Source: an uncultured cyanobacterium (lineage in GTDB: Bacteria > Cyanobacteriota > Cyanobacteriia > Cyanobacteriales > Cyanobacteriaceae). From it: DNA of 64,000 bases. Position 1 is the first letter of the stretch. Every line of letters begins with the position of its first letter. The position numbers and the translations under genes were made by a program. The notes below the pieces were generated by a model that was given only the letters and a program-made list of their open reading frames with translations, ran no database searches and was not told the DNA's origin. Positions 32,358-42,084 of this stretch are shown here, piece by piece. The stretch covers positions 416,001 through 480,000 of the forward strand of contig CAVVOP010000021.1 in NCBI GenBank assembly GCA_963749915.1. The letters are read 5' to 3'.

Positions 32358-33806
32358 TTAAAATCTAAGTTGTTCGAGTAAATTAACAAAAGGCTGCCAG
32401 TTATTGGCTGTGGCAATCGAGTTCCAAACAGACTCAATTTGTGGTTGTAACAAGATAAATGAACTATTAGATTGTTGCAGCCGTTGAGCAATATCTTTCA
32501 GTCCCCTTGGTGATTGCTGTAACAATAGTTGATGATAAAGCCAGCACCAACGCTTTAAAATAGCTAGTTCTCCTCCAGAGACCAGAAATTCTAGGTCGTG
32601 GACAATAAAGTTAGCATCCTCGCGCCAGGGAAGAGAAAATCGTTGTTTGAGGGCGCAAAAAAACTGGTGATAGCCAACTTTGGTTAAAAATAACAATTGA
32701 AGAGTCAAATCAATTAATTCTTCAGTTTCTAAACCAGATAACTGGGCAAACCCCAACTTGTGCAGCATTTGCTCATGGTAATACTGAGTGTAAAGTTGGG
32801 GAAAAGTTTCTAAAATTGTCTCCATTGCCGAGAGCGGAATTACCGCTGAGAGGGGACGCTGTAACATTTCTAGATTCCAACGACAGATACTTGGCTGGTT
32901 ACGATAACTATACCTTCCCTGGTGGTCAAAAGCAGCAGCTGTAAAATAGGGCTTGTAAGTATCGATAAAACCATAAGGTCCATAGTCGAAACTCTCCCCG
33001 GTAATCGACATATTATCAGTATTGAGAACACCATGACAAAAACCCACTGCCATCCATTGAGCTACTAATTGGGCGATGCGTTTTACCAGTTCGCCATAAA
33101 AGCTGATGTGGCAGTCTTGCTGCTGCCACAAATGAGGATAGTAATATTGAATTACATGATTTAATAGCTTCTGAATTAGATCGGGGCGATCATAATAATC
33201 TAACCGTTCAAAAGTACCAAATCGCAGATGAGAGCGACTAAAGCGTATCATAACCGCCCCGCGAACAGTCTCACCATCTCTAGTAAAGGCTTCAGTTTCA
33301 ATTAAACATAAACACCGAGATGTTTTAACTCCGGCATAATATAATGCCTCTGCAGCTAGGACTTCCCGCAGTCCACCCTTAAGAGTCAAGCGACCGTCCC
33401 TAGACTGAGAATAGGGAGTTTGTCCCGATCCTTTAGTACCAAAATCGTAGAGTTGCCCATCAATTCCCCGTACTTGACCATACAAAAACCCCCGTCCATC
33501 ACCTAAGTAAGGATTATATTGACCAAATTGATGACCATGATAGCGCAATGCCAAACAGGATTGTGGTCCTTGAAAACAACCGCCAAAATCGAGGAAATGC
33601 TGATCGGTAACTGTAGCTGAGTCTAGACCGAGAAAGGGCAGAAGCTTATTGTTACGAAAACGCAGGATAAGCTGAGAGAACTTAGCAGGTTGTACTTGGT
33701 CAAAAAAATCATTCCCCAAGGACTCTAAAGCGGGTTCGTAATTAAGATCGAAAAAAGGATTGTTAGTATATTGTAGTTCTTTCAATTTGAATGTAATTTC
33801 GCTCAA
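32358..33806 (-). CDS. ydiU: SelO/YdiU family protein adenylyltransferase (AMPylase)
   Basis: YHGHQFG, LGDGRG, KGSGQTPYS, LRFGTFE, HGVLNTDN, DYGPY. Confidence 0.93.
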   Translation of the reverse strand: MSEITFKLKELQYTNNPFFDLNYEPALESLGNDFFDQVQPAKFSQLILRFRNNKLLPFLGLDSATVTDQHFLDFGGCFQGPQSCLALRYHGHQFGQYNPYLGDGRGFLYGQVRGIDGQLYDFGTKGSGQTPYSQSRDGRLTLKGGLREVLAAEALYYAGVKTSRCLCLIETEAFTRDGETVRGAVMIRFSRSHLRFGTFERLDYYDRPDLIQKLLNHVIQYYYPHLWQQQDCHISFYGELVKRIAQLVAQWMAVGFCHGVLNTDNMSITGESFDYGPYGFIDTYKPYFTAAAFDHQGRYSYRNQPSICRWNLEMLQRPLSAVIPLSAMETILETFPQLYTQYYHEQMLHKLGFAQLSGLETEELIDLTLQLLFLTKVGYHQFFCALKQRFSLPWREDANFIVHDLEFLVSGGELAILKRWCWLYHQLLLQQSPRGLKDIAQRLQQSNSSFILLQPQIESVWNSIATANNWQPFVNLLEQLRF

Positions 33807-34426
33807 AAATGCTTGGCAGTATGATTAATTGGATCGAACTGAAATCTTTTGCTGCCATGAGTTTCACCATATAAATTAAAAGTTACCGTTGGTTCCTCTC
33901 CCACCGCTTCTATGGTATGAATTGCCTCGGTAGTAAAGCTAATAAGATCCCCTGGTTGGATAATTCGTTCGCTGACGCGATTGATTCTGTCGGGAAATTC
34001 GGCAGTAGGATCGCGCTTCCAGAAAGTATTTTTCTGTTTGCCCTGTAGTACCATTACTATGCCCCAAGTGCCGTGATTATGGATGGGTAAAGTTATCCCT
34101 GGCAAATTCATTTCTGTCTGGATAGTCATGGGAAATCCCAATTCATCGTATAGGGTTACCACAGAACCCCCTGTGTTTTGATTAGGTTCGGGCAGACGAG
34201 TTTTGACCGTGTAACAGTTAAGAATTAGTTTTCTAACTAGCATACGCAGTCCCGATAGAGAATTTTCTTCATCTATTCCTTCTTCTGCTGCCAATCTGAT
34301 CAGATCTTCCACTTCCGTCAAAAATCGATATAGTCGATATTCTTCTGCGATTAAATCCCACTCACGCACGGATTTACATAAATAGCAAATGCCATCTTCT
34401 TTTACCAACCAATCTGCTGTTTTCAT
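33803..34426 (-). CDS. Cupin of the cysteine/thiol dioxygenase-like family
   Basis: PIHNHGTWG and AIHTIE (three-His set), TFNLYG. Confidence 0.75.
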   Translation of the reverse strand: MKTADWLVKEDGICYLCKSVREWDLIAEEYRLYRFLTEVEDLIRLAAEEGIDEENSLSGLRMLVRKLILNCYTVKTRLPEPNQNTGGSVVTLYDELGFPMTIQTEMNLPGITLPIHNHGTWGIVMVLQGKQKNTFWKRDPTAEFPDRINRVSERIIQPGDLISFTTEAIHTIEAVGEEPTVTFNLYGETHGSKRFQFDPINHTAKHF

Positions 34427-34457
34427 CCTTTGCTTACTTAATACCGGTGACTAATAA

Positions 34458-34728
34458 CTAATAAATAAACACTTCTTGACTCTGACGTTCTGAGCGCAAT
34501 ATCTCAGCAATGCTTTCTGGTAGTTCTTCTAATCCCGTCTCACTCTCTGAGGCATTAACAGGAGAGGTAAAGGTAAAACAGGGGTCGCAATCTTTGGTTT
34601 CATCGTAAACTTGAATTACCCACTTATCAGGCAACCCTTCTACACCAATTTGCACCACATACCAGCGATCTTCTATGGCACAAGAATCGAGTACCAGAAA
34701 AAAATCTTTGAATAGTTATAAATGGCAT
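34458..34728 (-). pseudogene. Hypothetical ~90-aa acidic protein, apparently +1 frameshifted in a homopolymer (or starting at GTG 34658)
   Basis: ATG 34728 gives MPFITIQRFF; deleting one base of the A7 run (34698-34704) joins it to LVLDSCAIEDRWYVVQIGVEGLPDKW... Confidence 0.5.
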
Positions 34729-34733
34729 ATTAG

Positions 34734-34865
34734 TTAAACCAATCCAAGCGTCAATTTTTTCTGGCTCAAATCCTGCTCGATTTCATGCCCTGCCGCCAAA
34801 AGTCGGGCTTTTTGCTTGGCATTGTTAATACATCCTAGTTTTTGATAAAAGATAACTCGTGCCAT
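34734..34865 (-). pseudogene. Truncated nitrogenase-associated ArsC-like (NifO-type) protein
   Basis: MARVIFYQKLGCINNAKQKARLLAAGHEI matches the family N-terminus with a GGAGG RBS, then stops after 43 aa. Confidence 0.7.
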
Positions 34866-34911
34866 AATTGCCTCCATCAAATAATCATTATTAAAAAGTA
34901 TCTCAATTAAT

Positions 34912-35505
34912 TTAATTGGCAATCCCTGTCGTTAAATAATGAGCTTCTAGTAGAGAAGCAAGGTGATCGGGATGAACGTTAGCGTGCTTGACTTTACCAG
35001 GCATCAAAATGATGCTAGGAGCTTTTTTGCACTGCTTCTGACAGCCTGTTAGTTCGATGGTTACTCGGTCTTGTAATCCCAAGTGCTGGAGGGTTTCTGT
35101 CAAAGCCTGATAAAGTTGCTTTCCCCCCCGCTTAGAACAACTGGATTTGCGACAGAGCAAAATTTTACCTTTTTTGTTTTGTGTGGGGATAGAAGATGGT
35201 GAAACAGATGCAGATTGAGAAACCAGAGATTTATCTTCTCTACCAAGTATGGTGACTTGATCGCTTTTCAGTTTCAGTTTACTGGCATATCCAGAATCTG
35301 TTTGCTCCAAAACCACTGATAGGCGATCGCCCTCTACCAGTTTTCCGGGCAGAGTTTCTCGTAATTCTTTGGCCAGTTTGATCGGGATAATCCTCTCTCC
35401 AACTTGAACTTGAATATATTTAAGTTCGCCTCCGGGTTTGGGAATAAAACCAAGAAATTCTCCCTCTATTTGATATGTCGATGGTCGGACTTTTGTTGTT
35501 TTCAT
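34912..35505 (-). CDS. Thioredoxin-like [2Fe-2S] ferredoxin domain protein with an extra N-terminal domain
   Basis: C-x4-C (CRKSSC) and C-x3-C (TGCQKQCKKAP). Confidence 0.85.
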   Translation of the reverse strand: MKTTKVRPSTYQIEGEFLGFIPKPGGELKYIQVQVGERIIPIKLAKELRETLPGKLVEGDRLSVVLEQTDSGYASKLKLKSDQVTILGREDKSLVSQSASVSPSSIPTQNKKGKILLCRKSSCSKRGGKQLYQALTETLQHLGLQDRVTIELTGCQKQCKKAPSIILMPGKVKHANVHPDHLASLLEAHYLTTGIAN

Positions 35506-35591
35506 GATTTTGTCTGTTGTATAAAATAAAAATCAATGACGATAGTTATTCCCTAGTGAATTTAGAAGTGAGATCCTCTAATGACTGAGAA

Positions 35592-36542
35592 CTAAAGCTT
35601 TTTTTCCTCGAAATCTTGGAACAGAGGCGTACTCAGATAACGTTCGCCGAAACTAGGTTGAATCATGACAATTAGTTTGCCTTCATTTTCATTTCTTTGC
35701 CCTACTTTTATGGCTGCGGCAAGGGCCGCCCCCGAAGAAATGCCTGAGAGCAAACCTTCTTCTTTGGCTAGACGACGACCATAACTAAAAGCCTCTTCAT
35801 TAGTTACGGTAATCACTTCATCAATCAATTCCATTTTGAGAACCTCTGGCACAAAACCAGCACCAATGCCTTGAATTTTGTGACCCCCTGGATTTCCCCC
35901 AGAAAGGACTGGGCTATCGGCAGGTTCAACTGCGATCGCCTGAAATTCCGGTTTGCGTTTTTTGATAACTTCCGCTATACCTGTAATCGTGCCACCAGTA
36001 CCCACTCCAGCTATCAAAATATCGATCTGGCCCTCAGTATCTGACCAAATTTCCTCTGCCGTCGTTTGACGGTGAATTTCTGGATTGGCAGCATTCTTAA
36101 ACTGCTGAGGCATAAAGGCATTAGGTAGGGTTGCTATCAATTTTTCAGCCATTGCGATCGCCCCTTTCATCCCTTCACTAGCAGGAGTTAGTTTCAACTG
36201 TGCTCCATAGGCTTTTAACATCGCCCGTCGCTCTTGACTCATACTTTCAGGCATGGTTAAAATGATCTGATAGCCTTTAGCTGCCGCCGCCATGGCTAGG
36301 GCAATGCCTGTATTGCCAGAAGTGGGCTCGACTAATACAGTTTTATGAGGGGTAATTAAACCAGCTTTTTCCGCAGCATTAATCATACTGACCCCGATGC
36401 GATCTTTGACAGAAGCGGCGGGATTCATGCTTTCCAATTTGACTACAATTTGAGCTAGACACTCTTGGGCAAAAGGAATTGAATTTAACCGTACTAAAGG
36501 GGTTTTCCCGACAAGTTCCGTAATGTTATTAGCAATTTTCAT
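35592..36542 (-). CDS. cysK: Cysteine synthase A
   Basis: [38 protein letters not shown]. Confidence 0.97.
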   Translation of the reverse strand: MKIANNITELVGKTPLVRLNSIPFAQECLAQIVVKLESMNPAASVKDRIGVSMINAAEKAGLITPHKTVLVEPTSGNTGIALAMAAAAKGYQIILTMPESMSQERRAMLKAYGAQLKLTPASEGMKGAIAMAEKLIATLPNAFMPQQFKNAANPEIHRQTTAEEIWSDTEGQIDILIAGVGTGGTITGIAEVIKKRKPEFQAIAVEPADSPVLSGGNPGGHKIQGIGAGFVPEVLKMELIDEVITVTNEEAFSYGRRLAKEEGLLSGISSGAALAAAIKVGQRNENEGKLIVMIQPSFGERYLSTPLFQDFEEKKL

Positions 36543-36682
36543 GAATGAATGGTCATTAATTATTAATTCTTGGTCATCAGTCTATTGGTCTGCCAATTTT
36601 GAAATGAGGGATAAAACAATTCTCCAAAATCCAAAATCCAAAATTATCCGTTCCCAGTCCCTCAAAAATATCTTGACAACCA

Positions 36683-36940
36683 CTATGCCTCGGTTGATAA
36701 TTCTGGATATAGACCCAATTGTCTGGCAAGTTGACGGGCAATAAAGACCAGAAATTGAGAACCTTCTTGGTTATTTTCATGGGCCATAATTGTGGCTACC
36801 TGCATGATGGTTCGGATGAAATTTTCATCTAGCAAGTGGGCACTGGCATCCAAAACCTCGGGTTCTGTGCCATTGGGACAACGGAGTAGGCGATCAATCA
36901 ACTTGAAATATTCTTCTTGGCGCTGCTGGTTATCACTCAT
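36683..36940 (-). CDS. Hypothetical 85-aa helical protein
   Basis: GAGG RBS, operon spacing, LLRCPNGTEPEVL motif. Confidence 0.7.
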   Translation of the reverse strand: MSDNQQRQEEYFKLIDRLLRCPNGTEPEVLDASAHLLDENFIRTIMQVATIMAHENNQEGSQFLVFIARQLARQLGLYPELSTEA

Positions 36941-36965
36941 TAGTTGTTTTTCCTCAAACTATTGG

Positions 36966-37451
36966 TTATTCGTCTTCATCGGGGGATCTCGTGATCACTT
37001 CAAAGACGGTAGTGGCACAAAACTCACGGCTGTCATCAATTTCTCTAACTCTCTGGCTAATTATCTTGGCTTCCTCAATTCTGTCTAGCTGGGCAAGAAT
37101 TAAGCTCTGGGCAGCGTAGGCATTGAGGTACAATCGGATAGTGGGTTCTTGTTTGCGAGTTATTAAAATTGATTTGAGTTGCAACCACTCGTTTGGTAGA
37201 TTTTCAGTTGCCGTAAGTAAGCGCAAAACTTCTTGGGCAATAGATAGAGCCACCGTTGGTTTGTGCTTATAAAAAAAGAAACGATAGGCTCCAACTAAAA
37301 CATCAAGATTATTTCCCGATTTAACTAAAGCTTCCCTGATATATTTCTCTGCTAAAACAGTAGATTCCCAATTTTCGCCAGCTAAAAGCAATAATTGTTT
37401 GATTTCTGGTGCAAGATCACACCAAGAAAACTGGTTTTGGATCGTAGGCAT
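36966..37451 (-). CDS. Hypothetical TPR-like helical protein in the nif cluster
   Basis: Co-oriented, 14 bp after flavodoxin; motifs AYRFFFYK, IRLYLNAYAA, REFCA. Confidence 0.75.
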   Translation of the reverse strand: MPTIQNQFSWCDLAPEIKQLLLLAGENWESTVLAEKYIREALVKSGNNLDVLVGAYRFFFYKHKPTVALSIAQEVLRLLTATENLPNEWLQLKSILITRKQEPTIRLYLNAYAAQSLILAQLDRIEEAKIISQRVREIDDSREFCATTVFEVITRSPDEDE

Positions 37452-37465
37452 GATTCAACTCTTTA

Positions 37466-37984
37466 CTAGACAAAATGCGGACGTAGAGTTTCAACCCAAG
37501 TGGCGATACGCTCTTCAGTTTTTTCGCTTTCATTGACTTCATCAATCGGTAAGCCGACAAACTTACCCTCCCGCACGGCAAAAGAATAGTTAAAATCATA
37601 ATCGTCAGTGGGAACATCCCCAACTATTGTGGCCCCTGCTGATTTAAAATGATCGTATAAAATACCCAAAGCACTGACAAAATTCTCGCCATGAGTTCCA
37701 CAATCTCCAGCGCCAAACAAAGCAACAATTTTCCCAGTAAAATCTGGTCTTTCCTCTTCCATATCCACTAAAGGATCGCGCCAATCATTTTGGATCTCGC
37801 CAGAGCCCCAAGTAGAAGAGCCAAGCAGTAAGTAATCGTACTTCAACATATCGTCAAAATCGTCAAAATCTTCTTCCATGTTGTAGATATCGCATAATTC
37901 CTCATCGAAGTGTTCGACTATTTTCATGGCGATTTCTTCAGTTACACCGGCAGTACTGCCATAAAAAATCCCAATTTTGCTCAT
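37466..37984 (-). CDS. Long-chain flavodoxin (NifF-like); start set at MSKIG
   Basis: IFYGSTAGVT, GSSTWGSGE, ALFGAGD, FVGLPIDE; AGGAG RBS. Confidence 0.93.
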   Translation of the reverse strand: MSKIGIFYGSTAGVTEEIAMKIVEHFDEELCDIYNMEEDFDDFDDMLKYDYLLLGSSTWGSGEIQNDWRDPLVDMEEERPDFTGKIVALFGAGDCGTHGENFVSALGILYDHFKSAGATIVGDVPTDDYDFNYSFAVREGKFVGLPIDEVNESEKTEERIATWVETLRPHFV

Positions 37985-38019
37985 GATCATAACTCCTGTT
38001 AGTATTGTTGACTTTTTTT

Positions 38020-38313
38020 TTATGCAGGTAAAGGCTCGTGAGTATGGCATTTTTTGGGACAAATGCGAGCACAAGCTTCACAACCGATACATTTTTCGGG
38101 ATGGGCAATAATCATTACCTGACGTTCGATATCGTCATCATCATCTTCCTCAATGAAATCGCCAAATTCATTCATTGGTTGCAACATTAATACATCACGA
38201 CCGCAGACCTTATAACATCTGCCACAGCCCAGGCAAGTATCTTTGTTAATTGCTGTAATGAATTGGGGTTCCCAAGTTAATCCCCCTTGAGTCAAACCAG
38301 TTAATGTAGCCAT
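38020..38313 (-). CDS. fdxB: Ferredoxin III, nif-specific
   Basis: [11 protein letters not shown] and [12 protein letters not shown] with an acidic linker. Confidence 0.92.
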   Translation of the reverse strand: MATLTGLTQGGLTWEPQFITAINKDTCLGCGRCYKVCGRDVLMLQPMNEFGDFIEEDDDDDIERQVMIIAHPEKCIGCEACARICPKKCHTHEPLPA

Positions 38314-38382
38314 GATTGTTCTCCTTATTTAGTTAGATTAGGGAGTAGAGGCATTCTGGATGAATGTCTCTATTTGGTTAAA

Positions 38383-39060
38383 TTAAGCGATCGCTGGTTC
38401 AGTCTGTTGGTGACGAACCTTAAGAATTTCGGGATTGTCTAAGCAAAATTGTTGAAAAGGAGTAGTATCAGGGGATTTTTCTCCCTCTTGATAGGTTGCC
38501 TCCGCTTCCAAATCTTCCACTAAAGCCCAAGCATCAATGCACTCTTGCGAAGTTGCACCTTTAGCTTTGGCAATCGCGATCGCTCCTTCAATTGCCTTGT
38601 CTAATTCTCGACGTAGCAAAGGTACTTTGGGATTTTCGAGAAAATCCCCTTGATAAAGGATGTCGGTTTCGGAAACGATACCAAGTAACTGTCCTTTGAT
38701 GACTGGTGCGATACGGATACCAGTCAAGGCAAATAACCGAGCGACGTATTCAACACCTAAATCAGGATTGATGACAATACAAGGTTTGGTCATGATCTCA
38801 TAGACGCGCATATTGGCAGCGTCTTTGCCATAAGCCACTACCTTATTAACAACATCGCTATGGGTAACGATCCCGTAGGCATCTTGGTTATTGCGTAAGG
38901 TGACAATTAAAGCACGTAAGTTTTTGAATTTCATCAACTTAACCGCTTCTGCTACTGTTGCCGAACCACGAATAGTAGCGACCTCGTCAGTCATAATATC
39001 AGATGCTTTTAACATGACATTACAATCTCCAATATGTTGTGTGTTATTTTCCGGGAGCAT
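38383..39060 (-). CDS. CBS-pair / CP12 fusion protein (start may be the ATG at 39015)
   Basis: ASDIMT...YEIMTKP CBS pair, then CP12-like ECIDAWALVEDL...FCLDNPE. Confidence 0.88.
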   Translation of the reverse strand: MLPENNTQHIGDCNVMLKASDIMTDEVATIRGSATVAEAVKLMKFKNLRALIVTLRNNQDAYGIVTHSDVVNKVVAYGKDAANMRVYEIMTKPCIVINPDLGVEYVARLFALTGIRIAPVIKGQLLGIVSETDILYQGDFLENPKVPLLRRELDKAIEGAIAIAKAKGATSQECIDAWALVEDLEAEATYQEGEKSPDTTPFQQFCLDNPEILKVRHQQTEPAIA

Positions 39061-39131
39061 TTACTGCTCTCATGGGGGAATAAATATCAACTATCTTTTC
39101 TGATCAATGTTTAGATTGACTGAAACCTCGA

Positions 39132-39332
39132 TTACAGTCGCTTGGCATTTAAGGTCTGGGGAAGTTTCAGATCATCTGTTAAATGGGGGAAAGCTAGCTG
39201 CCAACCATTTGCTAAGGTTAAAATCTGGCCTTCTGGAGTAGTAGTTTGCTCCACTACTTCCTCCTCTAAATCCTTTTTCGGCACATAGATTGATAAATGC
39301 CCAAGCTCATTTTTGTGTAACATGACTTTCAT
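39132..39332 (-). CDS. nifT: NifT/FixU
   Basis: MKVML...YVPKKDLEE...LANGW. Confidence 0.93.
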   Translation of the reverse strand: MKVMLHKNELGHLSIYVPKKDLEEEVVEQTTTPEGQILTLANGWQLAFPHLTDDLKLPQTLNAKRL

Positions 39333-39354
39333 GAGTTTTACCGGTGATTGGTGG

Positions 39355-40473
39355 TTAGTAGGTTTGGTTAGGGATGAGATTGATCAATTCGTTTGGAGTT
39401 AAGCTACGTTTCAACTCAACCGATAAGTCTCTGACTGCATCCACGAGTGATCGTGTTTCTTCTAAACTCAGAGCAATGCCGTATTGTTGTAAAAGATTAT
39501 TAACTAGATGTTTGCCAGAATGTTTACCAATGACTAAACGACGTTCCCCTCCTACTTCTTCGGGAGTAAAAGGTTCGTAAGTAGCTGGATTTTTGAGAAC
39601 TCCATGGCCGTGGATGCCAGATTCGTGAGCAAAGGCGTTCTCACCAACGATTGCTTTCCAAGGAGGAACATCGCAGCCAGAGGCTTTGACGACAAATTCC
39701 GAGATCTCTTTAAATCTGCTGGTATCGATGCCGATATTGAGGCCATAGATACGTTTAAGGGCCATAACTACCTCTTCTAAAGCTGCGTTGCCGGCTCTTT
39801 CCCCCAAACCATTGACGGTAGTATTGACCGATCTCGCTCCCGCCTGAATACCGGCTAAGGCATTAGCTGTGGCTAGGCCAAAGTCATTATGGGTGTGCAT
39901 TTCTACCGGAATACTTAGCTTGTTGACTAGCTCTTGTACTTTGTTATAGGTGGTTAGGGGATCGAGAATCCCGACGGTATCGCAAAAACGAAAACGACTG
40001 GCTCCCCAACCTTGTGCCGCCAAGGCCAGATCCAGTAAGAAGTTAGCATCAGCACGGGAGGAGTCTTCTCCCCCTACGGAAACATACAAACCGCGATCGC
40101 AAGCATAGCTAATGGTATCCTTTAGTCGATTTAAGACTAGTTGACAATTGCCTTGAAACTTGACAGCGATTTGGATTTCCGAGACAGGAACCGATATATG
40201 CACCCGTTGTAAACCACAGTTAAGAGAAGCATCAATATCAGAGCGCAAGGCACGATTCCAGCCAGTAAGCTGAGTTTTTAATCCCAGGTTGGTAATCTGG
40301 GTAATAGCTTCCACTTCAGTGCTACCCATGGCTGGGATGCCTACTTCCAGCTCCTGTATTCCAATAGCATCCATCAAAGTGGCAAAGACAACTTTTTCAG
40401 CGAGGGTGAAAGCCACGCCTGCGGCTTGCTCTCCATCTCGTAAAGTTGTATCATTAATGTAAATTTGTGCCAT
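39355..40473 (-). CDS. nifV: Homocitrate synthase
   Basis: DTTLRDGEQ, HTHNDFGLA, GLGERAGNA, AHESGIH. Confidence 0.96.
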   Translation of the reverse strand: MAQIYINDTTLRDGEQAAGVAFTLAEKVVFATLMDAIGIQELEVGIPAMGSTEVEAITQITNLGLKTQLTGWNRALRSDIDASLNCGLQRVHISVPVSEIQIAVKFQGNCQLVLNRLKDTISYACDRGLYVSVGGEDSSRADANFLLDLALAAQGWGASRFRFCDTVGILDPLTTYNKVQELVNKLSIPVEMHTHNDFGLATANALAGIQAGARSVNTTVNGLGERAGNAALEEVVMALKRIYGLNIGIDTSRFKEISEFVVKASGCDVPPWKAIVGENAFAHESGIHGHGVLKNPATYEPFTPEEVGGERRLVIGKHSGKHLVNNLLQQYGIALSLEETRSLVDAVRDLSVELKRSLTPNELINLIPNQTY

Positions 40474-40502
40474 AACTATGTTGCTTAATTATTACAAAAG
40501 TT

Positions 40503-41045
40503 TTAAGAGGCCACAAACCCTAAAGTAAGACTATCGGTGGCGAGGAAGTGGTCGAGATGGAAGGCCCTTTCTTCGGTGGCAAGCAGAATTTGCTCGTACA
40601 GGTAACGAGTGGCACGATCGCCTAGACTCTCGGCTTGGGTTGCCTGACGACGAATTAACTCAATAATCGCTTGTTCGGCTTCTAAATTGTTTGTCAGCAT
40701 TTGGCGACAGTTAAAGATGCCATCTTCTTCTGGGGTAAAGCAACAAAGCTCCGCTAATTTGCTCAAGCTGGCTGCTGGAGTACCGCCTAAACCATTTAAA
40801 CGTTCTCCCAGATCGTGGGCGTGACCTTGTACAGCTTCGTAACTTTCTTGAAAATATTGATGGAGGGAATAAAATTCCGCACCTTCTACCACAAAATGAT
40901 GCTTTTGGTATTGCAGATAGAGACCTTGAAAACTGGCTAAGGCAATATTTAAGCCTTCGCACACAAGAGTTACGACTTGTTTGTCTAAGCCAATCGGATT
41001 ATTGGCAACTTCGCCAAAAGGTTGAATCACTAGTGTCTGTGTCAT
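40503..41045 (-). CDS. dps: Dps family ferritin-like protein
   Basis: [21 protein letters not shown] ferroxidase motifs. Confidence 0.92.
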   Translation of the reverse strand: MTQTLVIQPFGEVANNPIGLDKQVVTLVCEGLNIALASFQGLYLQYQKHHFVVEGAEFYSLHQYFQESYEAVQGHAHDLGERLNGLGGTPAASLSKLAELCCFTPEEDGIFNCRQMLTNNLEAEQAIIELIRRQATQAESLGDRATRYLYEQILLATEERAFHLDHFLATDSLTLGFVAS

Positions 41046-41057
41046 GAGTTTGAGTTC

Positions 41058-41327
41058 CTAATTATTAAATGTGGATAAAACTGGGGTTGACCAGCATCGC
41101 TCTAACCAGTCGGTTAATTCAGCGCGATTGCTAGTGAATTGCTGCACAATACTGCGTAACAAAACAGCATTAATACAATAGTCAATTTGTACCCAGAGCG
41201 TTCCATCTTCAGGACACCAGCAAGGAATTTTTAATTCTTGCAGGCGACGATGGACACTCCAGCGATCACTGCGATTGATTTTGGCTATTTTAGTGACAAA
41301 AGCATCGGGAGAAGTGAATTTATACAT
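41058..41327 (-). CDS. Asr1405/Asl0597 family protein
   Basis: [18 protein letters not shown] and WLERCW motifs. Confidence 0.85.
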   Translation of the reverse strand: MYKFTSPDAFVTKIAKINRSDRWSVHRRLQELKIPCWCPEDGTLWVQIDYCINAVLLRSIVQQFTSNRAELTDWLERCWSTPVLSTFNN

Positions 41328-42084
41328 GATTTTGAGGTTGATAGAGGGATAGTTTCTGTATCTGTTGTTCTAAATTCTCGATACGTTCGAGCAAAGAACG
41401 AATGATATGGGCCTCTGGATCAGGTAATTTGCCGTGTTCGAGGGGACAGCCATGGCCAGTCCGGGAGACAATGCGACCTGGAATTCCCACGACTGTGCAA
41501 TCATTTGGCACATTCCGCAGCACGATGGAACCCGCACCAACGCGAACATTATTACCAATATGAATATTTCCTAAAACTTTCGCCCCTGCACCAACAACAA
41601 CGTTGTTACCCAAAGTAGGATGACGTTTTCCTGTTTGTTTTCCCGTTCCGCCCAAGGTGGCATTTTGGTAGATTAAACAGTAATCTCCGACTATAGCAGT
41701 CTCGCCAATTACTACTCCCATCCCGTGATCGATAAATACTCCTTTACCGATAGTTGCACCGGGGTGAATTTCAATACCAGTGAGGAATCTTCCTAAGTGA
41801 GATAAAAATCGGGGAAACAGGGCAATTCGCTTTCCTAACAGCCAGTGGGCTAATCGATGCAAGACTAAAGCATGAACGCCGGGATAGCAGAGTACTACCT
41901 CTAGCCAATTATTGGCTGCAGGGTCGCGCTCAAAGATAATCTGAAAATCCGTCCAGATATTTGCCAGCCAAGGGATGTTTGCTAGCAAGTTATGGTGCTT
42001 GCTACTCTTTCTCTTTCCCTCTATTTTTATAACTGGCGGCTTTGGTACTGTTTGGATGGAAGATTTTTTGCCGGTGAGAAACAT
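41320..42084 (-). CDS. cysE: Serine O-acetyltransferase (NifP type)
   Basis: [27 protein letters not shown] hexapeptide repeats. Confidence 0.96.
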   Translation of the reverse strand: MFLTGKKSSIQTVPKPPVIKIEGKRKSSKHHNLLANIPWLANIWTDFQIIFERDPAANNWLEVVLCYPGVHALVLHRLAHWLLGKRIALFPRFLSHLGRFLTGIEIHPGATIGKGVFIDHGMGVVIGETAIVGDYCLIYQNATLGGTGKQTGKRHPTLGNNVVVGAGAKVLGNIHIGNNVRVGAGSIVLRNVPNDCTVVGIPGRIVSRTGHGCPLEHGKLPDPEAHIIRSLLERIENLEQQIQKLSLYQPQNHV

